DNA from: Lingula anatina
Lineage: Eukaryota > Animalia > Brachiopoda
Assembly: GCA_051362555.1 (NCBI GenBank)
Contig: CM120640.1
Coordinates: 55,406,788 to 55,470,787 of the forward strand
Reading direction: 5' to 3'
DNA: 64,000 bases
The notes beneath the pieces are model-generated. The model saw only the letters and a program-made list of their open reading frames with translations, did no database searches and was not told where the DNA came from. The translations under genes and the position numbers were made by a program. Each line of letters opens with the position of its first letter. Position 1 is the first letter of the stretch. Positions 63,399-64,000 of this stretch are shown here, piece after piece.

Positions 63399-63934
63399 CT
63401 AGACAAAAGGAAAGGTAACAAAAATTCTTTAACTCAAGTCACAGTTTTAAGTATATCAAAACAGAAAACAGTTCTTCTAGAAGAACCCACTTTAAAATCT
63501 CCTTTCTGTGGTAATCTTAATTATGACAGTTATCACAGGGATAAACATCAAAGGGGCACTTGCAGGACAGTGGATGAGTGAGACAACCTCTTGCTCCCAG
63601 TTTAATTTATTGCCCCTCTTCTATAACTATAAACATTAACAGGTGGTTTCAATACATGTTGTTAATTTGCTTTGTAATGTAGTTTGTGGCCATATGAATT
63701 TCTCATCTAGCTGTGAAAGATATAATCGAGGCCTGTACATGAACCCAGCAATTTCAAGAGTTTTATTTTTTCTAAAACAGTAGACCTTTCAGCTGAAATG
63801 ACAAGATCAAATTTATATTCAGAGCAGGCATTTTTCCTGCCAAAAAGGTTGACACCCCTCTCTCCCACAGGACTGACATAATGTAGGTTGGCATGTATCT
63901 ACTAGCCCTAGCAATGGCGAAAAAAATAATAAAT

Positions 63935-63983
<49 letters not shown>

Positions 63984-64000
63984 GCACTGTCAAAGTGGGA

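Overview
AT-rich, intron-containing animal genomic DNA (invertebrate; mollusc-like repeat content is my inference). Five spliced protein-coding genes were assembled by hand from GT-AG boundaries: NIF3L1 (5' part, minus), CCDC81 (complete, minus, about 755 aa), RPF2 (complete, plus, about 300 aa, head-to-head with CCDC81), TULP4 (complete, plus, about 1038 aa), and the 3' part of an unnamed minus-strand gene with helical/TPR-like repeats ending in an HPD J-domain-like module. Introns are swollen by non-autonomous DNA elements: a Helentron-associated (HINE/DINE-1-like) family carrying ~160-bp tandem arrays, PIF/Harbinger-, Kolobok- and hAT-like MITEs, and long foldback palindromes, forming three resolvable nests up to four levels deep. 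No autonomous transposase, tRNA, rRNA or CRISPR array was seen. Gene names come from my recognition of the sequences, not from database searches.
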